DNA of 64,000 bases from an uncultured Candidatus Saccharibacteria bacterium (GTDB taxonomy: Bacteria; Patescibacteriota; Saccharimonadia; CAILAD01; BJGX01), in NCBI GenBank assembly GCA_964610335.1, contig CAZSVP010000001.1:223442-287441 (forward strand), given 5' to 3'. The translations under genes were made by a program, and so were the position numbers. The notes beneath the pieces are model-generated. The model was not told where the DNA came from. It saw only the letters and a program-made list of their open reading frames with translations, and ran no database searches. Within the stretch, counting starts at the first letter, position 1. Each line of letters starts with the position of its first letter. Positions 49,265-57,299 of this stretch are shown here, in pieces.

Positions 49265-49492
49265 GTGTTTAGCTTGGTGCCATCCGAAGAAGGTGTTGTC
49301 CCGGCCCATTTCAGTTTTTACTACCAAGGAGAACTGGCAGGAGTGATCAACGTACTGGGGCACGGTGTTTACGATGCAATAGCACATGGCGATGGGCTAC
49401 CAGTTCAACTCAACCAAGACGGGCCAGTCACTCTTAGTGAAGCCCGACAACTGTTGCAAGTCTGGGCGACAGGACACAGTCGACAGAAGTAG
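49265..49492 (+). CDS. Hypothetical small protein (high-GC islet)
   Basis: GTG start preceded by ggaggggaggg. About 75 aa. Confidence 0.35.
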   Translation: MFSLVPSEEGVVPAHFSFYYQGELAGVINVLGHGVYDAIAHGDGLPVQLNQDGPVTLSEARQLLQVWATGHSRQK

Positions 49493-49500
49493 GGCTCGGG

Positions 49501-49530
49501 GAAGGACCTCCGGGTCCTTTCTCATTTAGC
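49501..49530 (+). terminator. GC-rich hairpin aggacc-tccg-ggtcct followed by a T-rich tail
   Basis: Read directly. Confidence 0.4.
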
Positions 49531-49609
49531 CTATGCTTGTAGTGATTGATTAAACCAGGCATTATTAGTAAGACCAATCATCCGTCAAAGTCACCAAGGA
49601 GGTGTAATA

Positions 49610-49936
49610 GTGCACGGATGGAGTACCAAATACAAAGCCGATGAGCCACACAGTTTCCAGTTGCACCTTCTCAATCGGTGCCAGACTGACGGGAGAGATC
49701 GACACGACGGCTGTGTGGTAGAGATGGAGCAAACTGGTCGTTTCTACCCCATGACATCATGGGGCTACATGCTGCCAGACGACTCGTGGTTGGAGGGGCC
49801 AGATGCCTTGGCTGTAGCCAAGCAACTGGTGGAGAAGGCACATCAGGCGACTTGTGATGGCCTGACAGAATCGGAAGCGGTGGAATTTGCCCTTCAAGTC
49901 GTTGCTCACGAGCCGCACCAAAACGCATCCAAGTAA
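49610..49936 (+). CDS. Hypothetical protein (high-GC islet)
   Basis: GTG start with an aggaggtg RBS. 108 aa. Confidence 0.4.
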   Translation: MHGWSTKYKADEPHSFQLHLLNRCQTDGRDRHDGCVVEMEQTGRFYPMTSWGYMLPDDSWLEGPDALAVAKQLVEKAHQATCDGLTESEAVEFALQVVAHEPHQNASK

Positions 49937-49972
49937 CAACCAGCTATGCAATGCTGGTCAGTGAATGAGGTT

Positions 49973-50009
49973 CGAGAAGGGGTCCTTCTCGGGCCTCTTC
50001 TTGTTTTTT
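49973..50009 (+). terminator. Rho-independent terminator cgagaagg-ggt-ccttctcg followed by a T-run
   Basis: Read directly. Confidence 0.55.
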
Positions 50010-50048
50010 ATGGCAACTAAAAAACCATCTAAAAATATCAACTATGTC

Positions 50049-50069
50049 ATGCCGGACTCGATCCGGCAT
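50049..50069 (-). terminator. Hairpin atgccgga-ctcga-tccggcat just downstream of the GIY-YIG gene
   Basis: Followed on the minus strand by a T-rich stretch. Confidence 0.45.
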
Positions 50070-50070
50070 C

Positions 50071-50361
50071 TCAAGCTATTTTTGGGTATAGGTCTTGGTA
50101 ATTTGGGTTATCTTTCTCTATAAGTTCTTGTTTCCAGGATCTATGCCATCGCTTCAATTTCTTTTCCCTAAGAATTGCATTCTTAGGGTCATCAAAAACC
50201 TCAAGATATACCAACTTTGTGACATTGTATTTATCTGTAAAACCCTCGACAAGGTGGTTTTTGTGTTCGTAAGTACGACGGACAAGATTGCTTGTGATAC
50301 CAACGTACAAAACAGAATTTCTAGAGTTGGAAAGAATATAGACGTAATAGTTTTTCTTCAT
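50071..50361 (-). CDS. GIY-YIG nuclease family protein (UPF0213-like)
   Basis: YVYIL..VLYVGIT.NL.RR..EH motifs. 96 aa. Confidence 0.75.
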   Translation of the reverse strand: MKKNYYVYILSNSRNSVLYVGITSNLVRRTYEHKNHLVEGFTDKYNVTKLVYLEVFDDPKNAILREKKLKRWHRSWKQELIEKDNPNYQDLYPKIA

Positions 50362-50371
50362 ATTACAAAAG

Positions 50372-50392
50372 ACCCCGGATCAAGTCCGGGGT
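50372..50392 (-). terminator. Hairpin accccgg-atcaagt-ccggggt downstream of rpsT
   Basis: Followed on the minus strand by cttttgt. Confidence 0.45.
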
Positions 50393-50398
50393 GACAAT

Positions 50399-50758
50399 TT
50401 ATTTCTTGGCTGTGGGTTTTTTGGTAGCTGGCTTCTTGGCGGCAGCTTTCTTAGTAGTGGCCTTCTTGGCTGTGGCCTTGCCGGTGCCGTAGGCAGCTGG
50501 AGCAGCGCCGTTGTAGGCTAGCGTTAGGCGAGATTTGCGTCGGGCAGCGGTGGATTTGTGTAATACACCTTTTTTGACCGCGCGGTCAATCTCAGAGATA
50601 GCAGCGACTAGCTCAGCCTCGGTCTTGATAGTACCGGCGGCTATAGCATCACGTACTGCTTTGGTCTTCTTGTGTACCGCAACCTTCACGTTTGTGTTGT
50701 AAACGCGGTTTTTCTGGGCTTGGCGGTTGCGCTTGATAGCTGACTGAATAATTGGCAT
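50399..50758 (-). CDS. rpsT: 30S ribosomal protein S20 with a K/A/T-rich C-terminal tail
   Basis: MPIIQSAIKRNRQAQKNR N-terminus. Confidence 0.85.
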   Translation of the reverse strand: MPIIQSAIKRNRQAQKNRVYNTNVKVAVHKKTKAVRDAIAAGTIKTEAELVAAISEIDRAVKKGVLHKSTAARRKSRLTLAYNGAAPAAYGTGKATAKKATTKKAAAKKPATKKPTAKK

Positions 50759-50879
50759 AGGGCTCATCATAGCTTATTTACCCTGGTTTGTAAAGGGTTT
50801 TGCAGTGATGTCGCAATGGTACTATACTGTCCATAAGCTTTTGTGAGCTTGGAAGTACAAAGTAGTGGAGCCTTCTTGG

Positions 50880-51900
50880 CTCAGTTGATCACGAAACGCA
50901 CTTCCGGGTGTTGTTCACAATCAAGCTTGCCTGCTGTGCCCCCGCGTCGAGCGGGGATAGATCCGAAGCAGTAGGTACCGCACCGCGACAACGTTGAAAG
51001 GGGGTATCCATGGTCGCCATCCGTGGATCCACCGCAGCCGTCGCTTCCATCACCGCAGCCAAGAAGAAGAGCTGCACCGGGAGCGCCCGTCCCTGATCCG
51101 CCCGACGACAACCAGGGGGAACCTCATGGTTCGTGACCGCGCATCGCCTGCGTGATCTGTAGGCTCCGGCCTGCAAACCGGCCGCTCCGGCGGTCCACAG
51201 GTGCACTGGGTGCCTCAAGGGGAAAATGGTAAGTAGGTGCTTGCACCGACGCCTCACCAGCCCGCAAGACCAGGCCCAATACCAGCCTGGCACATTCGAG
51301 CCGCACTCACAGCGGCATGTGCCGGCGAGCCCCAGGGTTCGCCGGCACAGCTCGTTATTATCGACAAATTGGTGTTTTTGCGCTATATTTCGGCTACGGC
51401 TCTTTTGCAACTGAAAGCGGTAGGGAAAGCAATCTGATGGGATCGAGCACCTATTAGAAACGCAATCCCAAACCACGATTTACTAGTGCCTGATCACTTA
51501 CTTCCCTACATAGTAAGTGATGATGCGCGGCATCGCGTCCGTGTGGGTAGCTTCATATGTTTGTTGAGGGGTCCGCCGCCGCCGGATCGCGCTCCAGGCC
51601 TCTATGTAGTGTAGCTAGTAAGTCGCAGTTGCAACTGCCAAGACCAGATCGAGTGTCGGTAGGGAGCTGCTATACCCTACAGAAGTGAGACGAGCGGACA
51701 CGTGATGTTGTCTGACTCAGAGCATCCCAAAGCTCGCAGTCTCACCGATCGACTGGCATGCCCTCCGTGTAGCCGGAGGCAGATGCATGTGGTTCTATTG
51801 GGCCTCACCACCGCTGCATCATGATACCAAGGCTCATAATCGTGCCCTTAGTGTCAAACCTCGCCACCCGTAGCCGTCGGGTGGCGTTGTCCGTTATTAT
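50880..51900. other. About 1 kb GC-rich, hairpin-dense segment with no credible ORF. Candidate structured RNA or decayed foreign DNA
   Basis: No ORF of 60 aa or more in any frame across 51480-51940. The only long ORF (50889..51476, minus strand) translates to implausible composition. Many perfect hairpins are present, including ggcacat..gccgc-actcaca-gcggc..atgtgcc, gccggcga-N10-tcgccggc, atcacttact-N9-agtaagtgat and gcagttgcaactgc. Confidence 0.35.
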
Positions 51901-51939
51901 GTTGAAATGTTTTGACAGTAGTGGTAGTATAGGCACGAT

Positions 51940-52716
51940 ATGCAGATACTCGAATTAGCAGCCAAATTACAATCGATCGGATTGAGCGACAAACAGGCCA
52001 AGGTCTATGTAGCCGCTCTTTTTTTGGGCCCCAATTCAGCCCAGAAGATCTCCCAACAAGCCGATGTCAATCGCGCTACCACCTATGTAATACTCGAGGA
52101 ATTGATGGAGATGGGCTTAATTAGCCAAAGCTCAGTGGGTAAGAAGACTGTGTTTGTCGCCGAGGGCGCCGATGCCATCGATCGCCACATCGAGTCGGTC
52201 AAGAAAGAACTCGAGGCCCAACAACAAGAGCTCAAGACGATTGCCCCGGAACTTGAATCAATTGCCCGCAAAGATTCTGCTTCGGCTCCTCAAGTGTTTT
52301 TCTTCAAGGGCAAAGAGGGTATTGAACAGATCAACAGCTACTACTTCAAGAATAGTAAGCCCAAATCTACTAGCTATATATTCTCTGATCGAGACAAGGT
52401 TAAAGAAATTATTCCGCATGCTTTTGAGCAGCACAAAGCTAATCGCAAAGCCAAACAGATTGCGTCGCGTGGAATAGCATACGATTCTACAGGTGAGTTG
52501 GTCAACGTTAAGTCAGAGAAGAAAGAGCGCAAGCTAGTCGACATTCGTCCGGCCGCTGAGATCACTATGCAAGAAGACTTTGTGATGTTTGCCACTTACA
52601 ATACTCATGAGCATGTTAGTGTAGTACTGGAAAGTCCCGAGATTGCTGAGGCTTTGCGACAGATATTTGATCTTGCTTGGCAGGGTCTTCCAGCCACCAA
52701 GAAGTCAAAAAAATAA
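51940..52716 (+). CDS. TrmB family transcriptional regulator
   Basis: N-terminal wHTH (LGLSDKQAKVYVAALFLGPNSAQKIS...VNRATTYVILEELMEMGLI) and a C-terminal TrmB-like domain. Confidence 0.7.
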   Translation: MQILELAAKLQSIGLSDKQAKVYVAALFLGPNSAQKISQQADVNRATTYVILEELMEMGLISQSSVGKKTVFVAEGADAIDRHIESVKKELEAQQQELKTIAPELESIARKDSASAPQVFFFKGKEGIEQINSYYFKNSKPKSTSYIFSDRDKVKEIIPHAFEQHKANRKAKQIASRGIAYDSTGELVNVKSEKKERKLVDIRPAAEITMQEDFVMFATYNTHEHVSVVLESPEIAEALRQIFDLAWQGLPATKKSKK

Positions 52717-53157
52717 CACCTTGATTAGGTGTTATCTTTATAATAATTGCTCATACATCGATGTCTGCAGTAAATAGCAGCCCCAAAACATCGAGACCTC
52801 CGAGGCTCCAACGAATGTACGTCAGAGCAGTGAGGGTGTTTTTAGTATCCATCTGGGGATGGATTTGAGTCACTTGTTAGGTGATCTAATCACAGATGCA
52901 GTTAATCAGTCGTCAGCGCCCATGGTGGGCCCCTTTCGGTCTGAATAAACCAGCATAGTGACTGCGCTACTAGGTGGTAGCGTGCACTTGGCAGATCACG
53001 CAGCGGACAGGGACGGTGGTACTTCGGTTGTTGTGGTACATTTGAACGTCTCCCGGTGTCGGGTGGATGTGACTGTGACCAAAAGCATTGGCTTAAAGTC
53101 ACCTATATCATAACTCTTTGCATTATTTTGTCAATATTTATCGACATAAACGGAAGC

Positions 53158-53184
53158 GACCCTAGCCCAGTTAGGGCTAGGGTC
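53158..53184 (-). terminator. Hairpin gaccctagccc-agtta-gggctagggtc downstream of the Cys-rich gene
   Basis: Read directly. Confidence 0.45.
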
Positions 53185-53263
53185 GTGACCCCATGTACTC
53201 GCTTTTGGTAAAACGAGCTGCAAGAGACACATGGCTTCCTTGGACGGCTAGAGCTGATCAGGC

Positions 53264-53887
53264 TCAGTGCCCATTGCACCAGCCGTTGTTGCAGTTGCTG
53301 CACTTGCCACATCCGCTCTCGGAGTGTGAGCAACCGCTGGCCAGGATCTGGGCGACCTCGCGATTGGCGCCGTTGATGCCGGCCACCTGTAGCTCTGCTT
53401 CGTTGCTCACGCAGTTGAGTTCCGCAGAGGGTGCTGAACGTGAGCACTTGCCGTCGTTGCCACCACCACCTCGTGCGTCGCAGAAGGCGGTGGCCGTCCA
53501 CAACACGGGGTTGTAGCTGATGCCGTGCTTGTCCATGAAGGCAGTGGTGTCGCCGATGGTCATGCCGGAGCTGGGTTGCATTGGGTTGTCGGCTGGCTCG
53601 TGGTGGATGAACCGTCCGGCCACGCGCTGGCAGAAGCCGGCGTAGGCCTTGGTGTACAGGATGAAGGTGTGCCAACCGATGTCGACCGGCTTGCTTGGCG
53701 CGAAGTTCTGGTCGGGGTAGTCGGCGCACATCTTCAGGAACCCGAGGGCTCCATCGATGATCAGCTCAGCGGCTTCGCGGGTGACGCCTTCGTCGTCGAC
53801 CACGCGGTTGGCTAGCCGGTCGTAGAGGACCGGATGCACCAGCTCGCTGATAGGTGGGGTGGCCGTGATGGCCTCGTTGGTAAGCAT
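53264..53887 (-). CDS. Hypothetical 207-aa protein with a Cys/Gly/Ser/Asn-rich C-terminal tail (high-GC islet)
   Basis: Start MLTNEAI with an aggaga RBS (the track ORF extends to 53929). Ten Cys in the last 75 aa, ending GCSHSESGCGKCSNCNNGWCNGH. Confidence 0.5.
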   Translation of the reverse strand: MLTNEAITATPPISELVHPVLYDRLANRVVDDEGVTREAAELIIDGALGFLKMCADYPDQNFAPSKPVDIGWHTFILYTKAYAGFCQRVAGRFIHHEPADNPMQPSSGMTIGDTTAFMDKHGISYNPVLWTATAFCDARGGGGNDGKCSRSAPSAELNCVSNEAELQVAGINGANREVAQILASGCSHSESGCGKCSNCNNGWCNGH

Positions 53888-53980
53888 GATGCTCTCCTGG
53901 GGGTGTCTCTTGCTTGTGGGTGAACACACAAACTGTCATGTATCATCAACAGTATGTGATATGCGTATAATATAGTATCT

Positions 53981-54018
53981 TATACTATTTTGTCAATAAC
54001 TATTGACAAAATAGTATA
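53981..54018. promoter_or_regulatory. Perfect 18-2-18 bp palindrome (T)ATACTATTTTGTCAATA-AC-TATTGACAAAATAGTAT(A) containing back-to-back TTGACA -35 boxes of divergent promoters
   Basis: Read directly. Downstream -10 candidates are TAACAT on the plus side and TATTAT on the minus side. A related half-site TATTTTGTCAATA lies at 53124-53136. Confidence 0.55.
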
Positions 54019-54097
54019 CAACGCGTAACATACAGTTATCACTTTGGTAAATCCTTGGTGACCAGTCTCAACCTTTACATCGAAAAGAGGTAGCACA

Positions 54098-54190
54098 GTG
54101 CGAGACAGACCAGTCCTGGCAGAACCGCTGCCGTCTCCCACATCTCCACCGACAGATCCCGCAACCCCCGAAGATATTCCTTGGAAGTAG
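54098..54190 (+). CDS. 30-aa Pro-rich peptide ORF
   Basis: GTG start after aagagg. VRDRPVLAEPLPSPTSPPTDPATPEDIPWK. Coding status uncertain. Confidence 0.3.
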   Translation: MRDRPVLAEPLPSPTSPPTDPATPEDIPWK

Positions 54191-54231
54191 TATCCAAGAC
54201 ACTTCGGCCGACTACATAGAGAGGAGGGGAC

Positions 54232-54324
54232 ATGTCAGGAGGCGACAACGCCGATTCGGCGAACAGCACCGGCGGCAGCCAGAGCGGCAGCCAGCAGGGC
54301 AACGACACCGGTTGGGGCAAGTGA
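54232..54324 (+). CDS. 30-aa Gly/Ser/Asn-rich peptide ORF
   Basis: Strong RBS gaggagggg 4 nt upstream of the ATG. MSGGDNADSANSTGGSQSGSQQGNDTGWGK. Confidence 0.35.
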   Translation: MSGGDNADSANSTGGSQSGSQQGNDTGWGK

Positions 54325-54344
54325 TCCCAGCCGACACCAGCTGC

Positions 54345-54388
54345 TTGTGCGAGCCCCCGAAAGGGGGCCGCACAGGTGGCGATTTTTA
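54345..54388 (+). terminator. Rho-independent terminator gagccccc-gaaa-gggggc with a T-run
   Basis: Read directly, immediately after the peptide ORFs. Confidence 0.6.
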
Positions 54389-54471
54389 TGTAAGTAGTTG
54401 TTGGAGCTTGTAAAACCTTGACAAAAGAGCTTATGTCGGGTATAATTGCGCATTAACTAAATTATTGAGCT

Positions 54472-55506
54472 ATGCAAAACGATCTTACCCCAAAACAACA
54501 AGCCGTTGAGCTGATGCGACAAGCCAACAACATCTTGCTTGTCACCGGCCAGCAACCCACCCACGACCAGTTCGCGGCAGTGATTGCTATGCAAACTGTG
54601 CTAACCCGCTTGGGTAAGCGTGTCGATATGGTAGTAAGCGATACTTTTCCTCGTAGTGCCGAGCTGTTTCACACTGGCAAGGTCAGCCGTGATATCAGCG
54701 GTATTCGTGATTTCATCATCAAGCTTCGCATGGACGACGTTGAGGTAGAAAAGCTCAAGTATCAGGTAGAGAATCAATCTCTAGATATCATCATCACCCC
54801 ACACAACGGCAACTTCAGCCCTGAAGACGCCACTTTTAGCTACGGTGCTTATCAGTTCGACCTAGTAATTGCTGTGGGCGTGCCACAGATCACCAAGCTC
54901 GACAAGATCTTGGCCGACAATCCAACTATCTTCGATGGCTTGCATTTGATCAATATCGACTACCACCGTATCAACGAAAACTACGGTAGTGTTAATCTGA
55001 TCGACCCTCAAGCCACAGCTGTATGTGAGATGCTGATTAGCTTGTTTGAAAGCCTAGATGCTGGCATGATCGACGAATATGTCGCTACAGCCATACTGAC
55101 AGGCATCATGAGCGCCACAGCCAACTTCACTGCTCCTCAAACTACTGCCAAGGCCATGACTATGGCTGCCCAGATGGTAGCTGCTGGTGCCAAACAACAA
55201 GAGGTGGTACGTGTACTCGGTGGTGGCCGCAACTCACAGAGCAATGATCGCTCTAATAACTCTGGTAGATCCGATAAGAAAGATGAGCCCAAACAGGATT
55301 TTAAACCTGTAGAAAAAGCTGCTGAAGATAAGATTGAGCAGCCAAAAGAAGCTCCAGAGCCTAAGCCCAAAGCAGAAGAGGCTAATCCTGTCGAGCCCAA
55401 ATCTGATGCAGAAGACAAAGCCGTAGACCAGGTTGAACAAAAGATTGATACGGACACTGGATTTGCAGGATCTACTCCTATTATTTCACCAAGTCCTCTC
55501 GGTTAG
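54472..55506 (+). CDS. DHH/DHHA1 family phosphoesterase (NrnA-like) with degenerate metal-binding motifs and a K/E/P-rich C-terminal tail
   Basis: DHH-like region INIDYHRIN (DYH where DHH is expected). The N-terminal motif is THDQ rather than DxD. Confidence 0.6.
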   Translation: MQNDLTPKQQAVELMRQANNILLVTGQQPTHDQFAAVIAMQTVLTRLGKRVDMVVSDTFPRSAELFHTGKVSRDISGIRDFIIKLRMDDVEVEKLKYQVENQSLDIIITPHNGNFSPEDATFSYGAYQFDLVIAVGVPQITKLDKILADNPTIFDGLHLINIDYHRINENYGSVNLIDPQATAVCEMLISLFESLDAGMIDEYVATAILTGIMSATANFTAPQTTAKAMTMAAQMVAAGAKQQEVVRVLGGGRNSQSNDRSNNSGRSDKKDEPKQDFKPVEKAAEDKIEQPKEAPEPKPKAEEANPVEPKSDAEDKAVDQVEQKIDTDTGFAGSTPIISPSPLG

Positions 55507-55512
55507 ATACAC

Positions 55513-55541
55513 TTGACAATATAGTCAATATGTGGTAATAT
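55513..55541 (+). promoter_or_regulatory. Near-consensus sigma-70 promoter TTGACA-N17-TAATAT with an extended -10 TGG
   Basis: Read directly, about 70 nt upstream of ORF 55611. Confidence 0.5.
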
Positions 55542-55610
55542 GCTAGCCAGCAAGATTTATCTTGCGGCTCTCTCAAGTACATCCACAACCCCTAGCCCCT
55601 AGGAGGGGAC

Positions 55611-55865
55611 ATGACACATCCGGATCAGATCCGAATCAACGAATGGTGGCTAGCCGAAGGGCTCGGCGCCAGCGCCGACATCGGCTTGGCCGCCACACCT
55701 CGTGGTTCCAACCATTCGATGATGGTGGCAGATCGTGAGCGGGGCATCAAGTCCACCGCGGCTGCCAAAGCCGAGCTCGTCGCCGACGGTCTCATCGACG
55801 AGGCCGGCCGGCTCACCACCAAGGCCAAGGAGATGGGTCTGCGCATGCCGGAGCGACACCGGTAG
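55611..55865 (+). CDS. Hypothetical small protein (high-GC islet)
   Basis: 84 aa with an aggagggg RBS. Confidence 0.4.
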   Translation: MTHPDQIRINEWWLAEGLGASADIGLAATPRGSNHSMMVADRERGIKSTAAAKAELVADGLIDEAGRLTTKAKEMGLRMPERHR

Positions 55866-56073
55866 CAGAACACTTCTCAAGAGTACCTGCATGAGAGCCC
55901 TCCGACCCACCAAACCAAGTGGCTCGGAGCAGCTCCCAGACCAATCATATTGGTTGGCCTAGGAGCTGAACGAAGTTCAGCTATTGCTCCTTGCAATATA
56001 TTTGTGTTCGTCGATTTGTTTACAAACTGTAAGCAGTTTGACGGACACAAAACTACTGAAAGGAAAGACCGTC

Positions 56074-56640
56074 ATGCATACCGTTACATGGGTTGTAGTG
56101 GCGGTTTTTCCGCTCATCTTCTTGGCACTACAACTGGTGATTGGAGTTCGCTCCAAGACTCCACGTGCCGACGAGAAGTATCCAGCAGTACCGGCGGAAA
56201 TGATCCTGAGGATGTGTGCGCTGACATTCATGGTGCAATACATCACCTCAGGCAAGCCGTGGATAGGCGTGGAAATGCCTGCCGCGGTAGAACTCTTGGG
56301 TATCGGGGTGATCGTGGCAGGACTTATCTGGCTGATCCGTGCTCAGACGGTTCTGGGTCGTAACTGGGTGCCAGGTGTGGGGCTTCACAAGAAGCACCAA
56401 CTGGTGACAGACGGTCCATACCGAAGGGTGCGGCATCCGATCTACTCAGCGCTGGGGTTGTCCGTGATCGGGCTAGCCATAGCGTCAGGTGATCTGATGA
56501 TGTTGTTTGGTGGTGCCTGCCTCTTCGCGGCTCTTGCTGTCAGGATTCCTCACGAGGAAGCTCTGATGGCCAAGAAGTTCAAGAAGAAGTGGGATCGCTA
56601 CGCAGCAGCCACGCCGGCAGTGATTCCTCGGTGGAGGTGA
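56074..56640 (+). CDS. Isoprenylcysteine carboxyl methyltransferase (ICMT/PEMT-like) family membrane methyltransferase
   Basis: QLVTDGPYRRVRHPIYSALG motif, 5 TM. Start taken at the internal Met of track ORF 55984..56640. Confidence 0.65.
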   Translation: MHTVTWVVVAVFPLIFLALQLVIGVRSKTPRADEKYPAVPAEMILRMCALTFMVQYITSGKPWIGVEMPAAVELLGIGVIVAGLIWLIRAQTVLGRNWVPGVGLHKKHQLVTDGPYRRVRHPIYSALGLSVIGLAIASGDLMMLFGGACLFAALAVRIPHEEALMAKKFKKKWDRYAAATPAVIPRWR

Positions 56641-56808
56641 GACAAGCAAGGAGCGCCGGGGACTGCATCCGCTATCCAGCGGAATGTGGTCCTCACAGCT
56701 CCCGAGTTTCGAACACACATTCGAGATTCAGGAGCTGGAGAAATTTCAGCAAGCATTTTTACAATCTAAATAATCAGCCCACCACAACCACGCCATCAGG
56801 AGGCAACT

Positions 56809-57222
56809 ATGGGTATCAACTATGCAGTGAGTGACCTGGGTGATGCAGACGGCCTGATCGACGGCCCGATCGATCAGCGCACCATCGACCTCGCCGAGGC
56901 GCTCAAGATGTTCGTCGAGATCACGAACGACATGGGTGCGAACCTCTTCGTCAACATCATCCACGTCGACGAGGCCAGGGTGATGGTCTACTACAACTAC
57001 TACCTCGGCACGTCCCCGTCGTCGAATCCCATGCAACTGCGCGTCATCAACCCCTTCGGCTTCTTCTACCAGTTCGAGAAGGACCCAGAGGACAACCTCG
57101 ACACGTTCGACAAGTTCGTGTTCGCGGTGTCGTGCATCGTCAAGGCGGTGCCGTGGATCTGCTCCCAGCAGGTGCTGCGGCGTGTCGTTGGCGGCGACAA
57201 GCTGGCCTACCAGCCGGCCTGA
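56809..57222 (+). CDS. Hypothetical protein (high-GC islet)
   Basis: 137 aa with a ggagg RBS and very GC-rich third positions. Confidence 0.45.
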   Translation: MGINYAVSDLGDADGLIDGPIDQRTIDLAEALKMFVEITNDMGANLFVNIIHVDEARVMVYYNYYLGTSPSSNPMQLRVINPFGFFYQFEKDPEDNLDTFDKFVFAVSCIVKAVPWICSQQVLRRVVGGDKLAYQPA

Positions 57223-57230
57223 TCATCGTT

Positions 57231-57285
57231 GTGGTGGGAAAGTGGGGGTCCTTCGGGACCCCTACCACCACAGGCTGATTGTTTA
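57231..57285 (+). terminator. Large nested hairpin terminator gtggtgg..gggggtcc-ttcg-ggacccc..ccaccac
   Basis: Read directly after the stop at 57222. Confidence 0.55.
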
Positions 57286-57299
57286 GATATAATACATAT

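Noticed and set aside
50889-51476. 195-aa minus-strand ORF in the GC-rich segment between rpsT and the TrmB-like gene
   Set aside because: Its translation is dominated by R/C/W/P with no protein-like periodicity. Long spurious ORFs are expected in GC-rich DNA. The region is better treated as non-coding or remnant
50880-51900. RNase P RNA, tmRNA or SRP RNA identity for the structured GC-rich segment
   Set aside because: I searched by eye on both strands for the P4 motif GGAAAGUCCGG with ACAGAA, for the tmRNA T-loop GGUUCGAnUCC with a CCA end, and for the SRP GGAAGCAGC motif. None was present, so no canonical ncRNA call is made
53103-53815. Overlapping track ORFs 53103-53729 (-), 53193-53516 (+) and 53525-53815 (+) inside the Cys-rich gene region
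   Set aside because: Their compositions are Arg-rich or Gly/Ala/Val-rich out-of-frame or antisense artefacts, typical of alternative frames in GC-rich coding DNA. Only the 53264-53887 frame has a ribosome binding site and balanced composition
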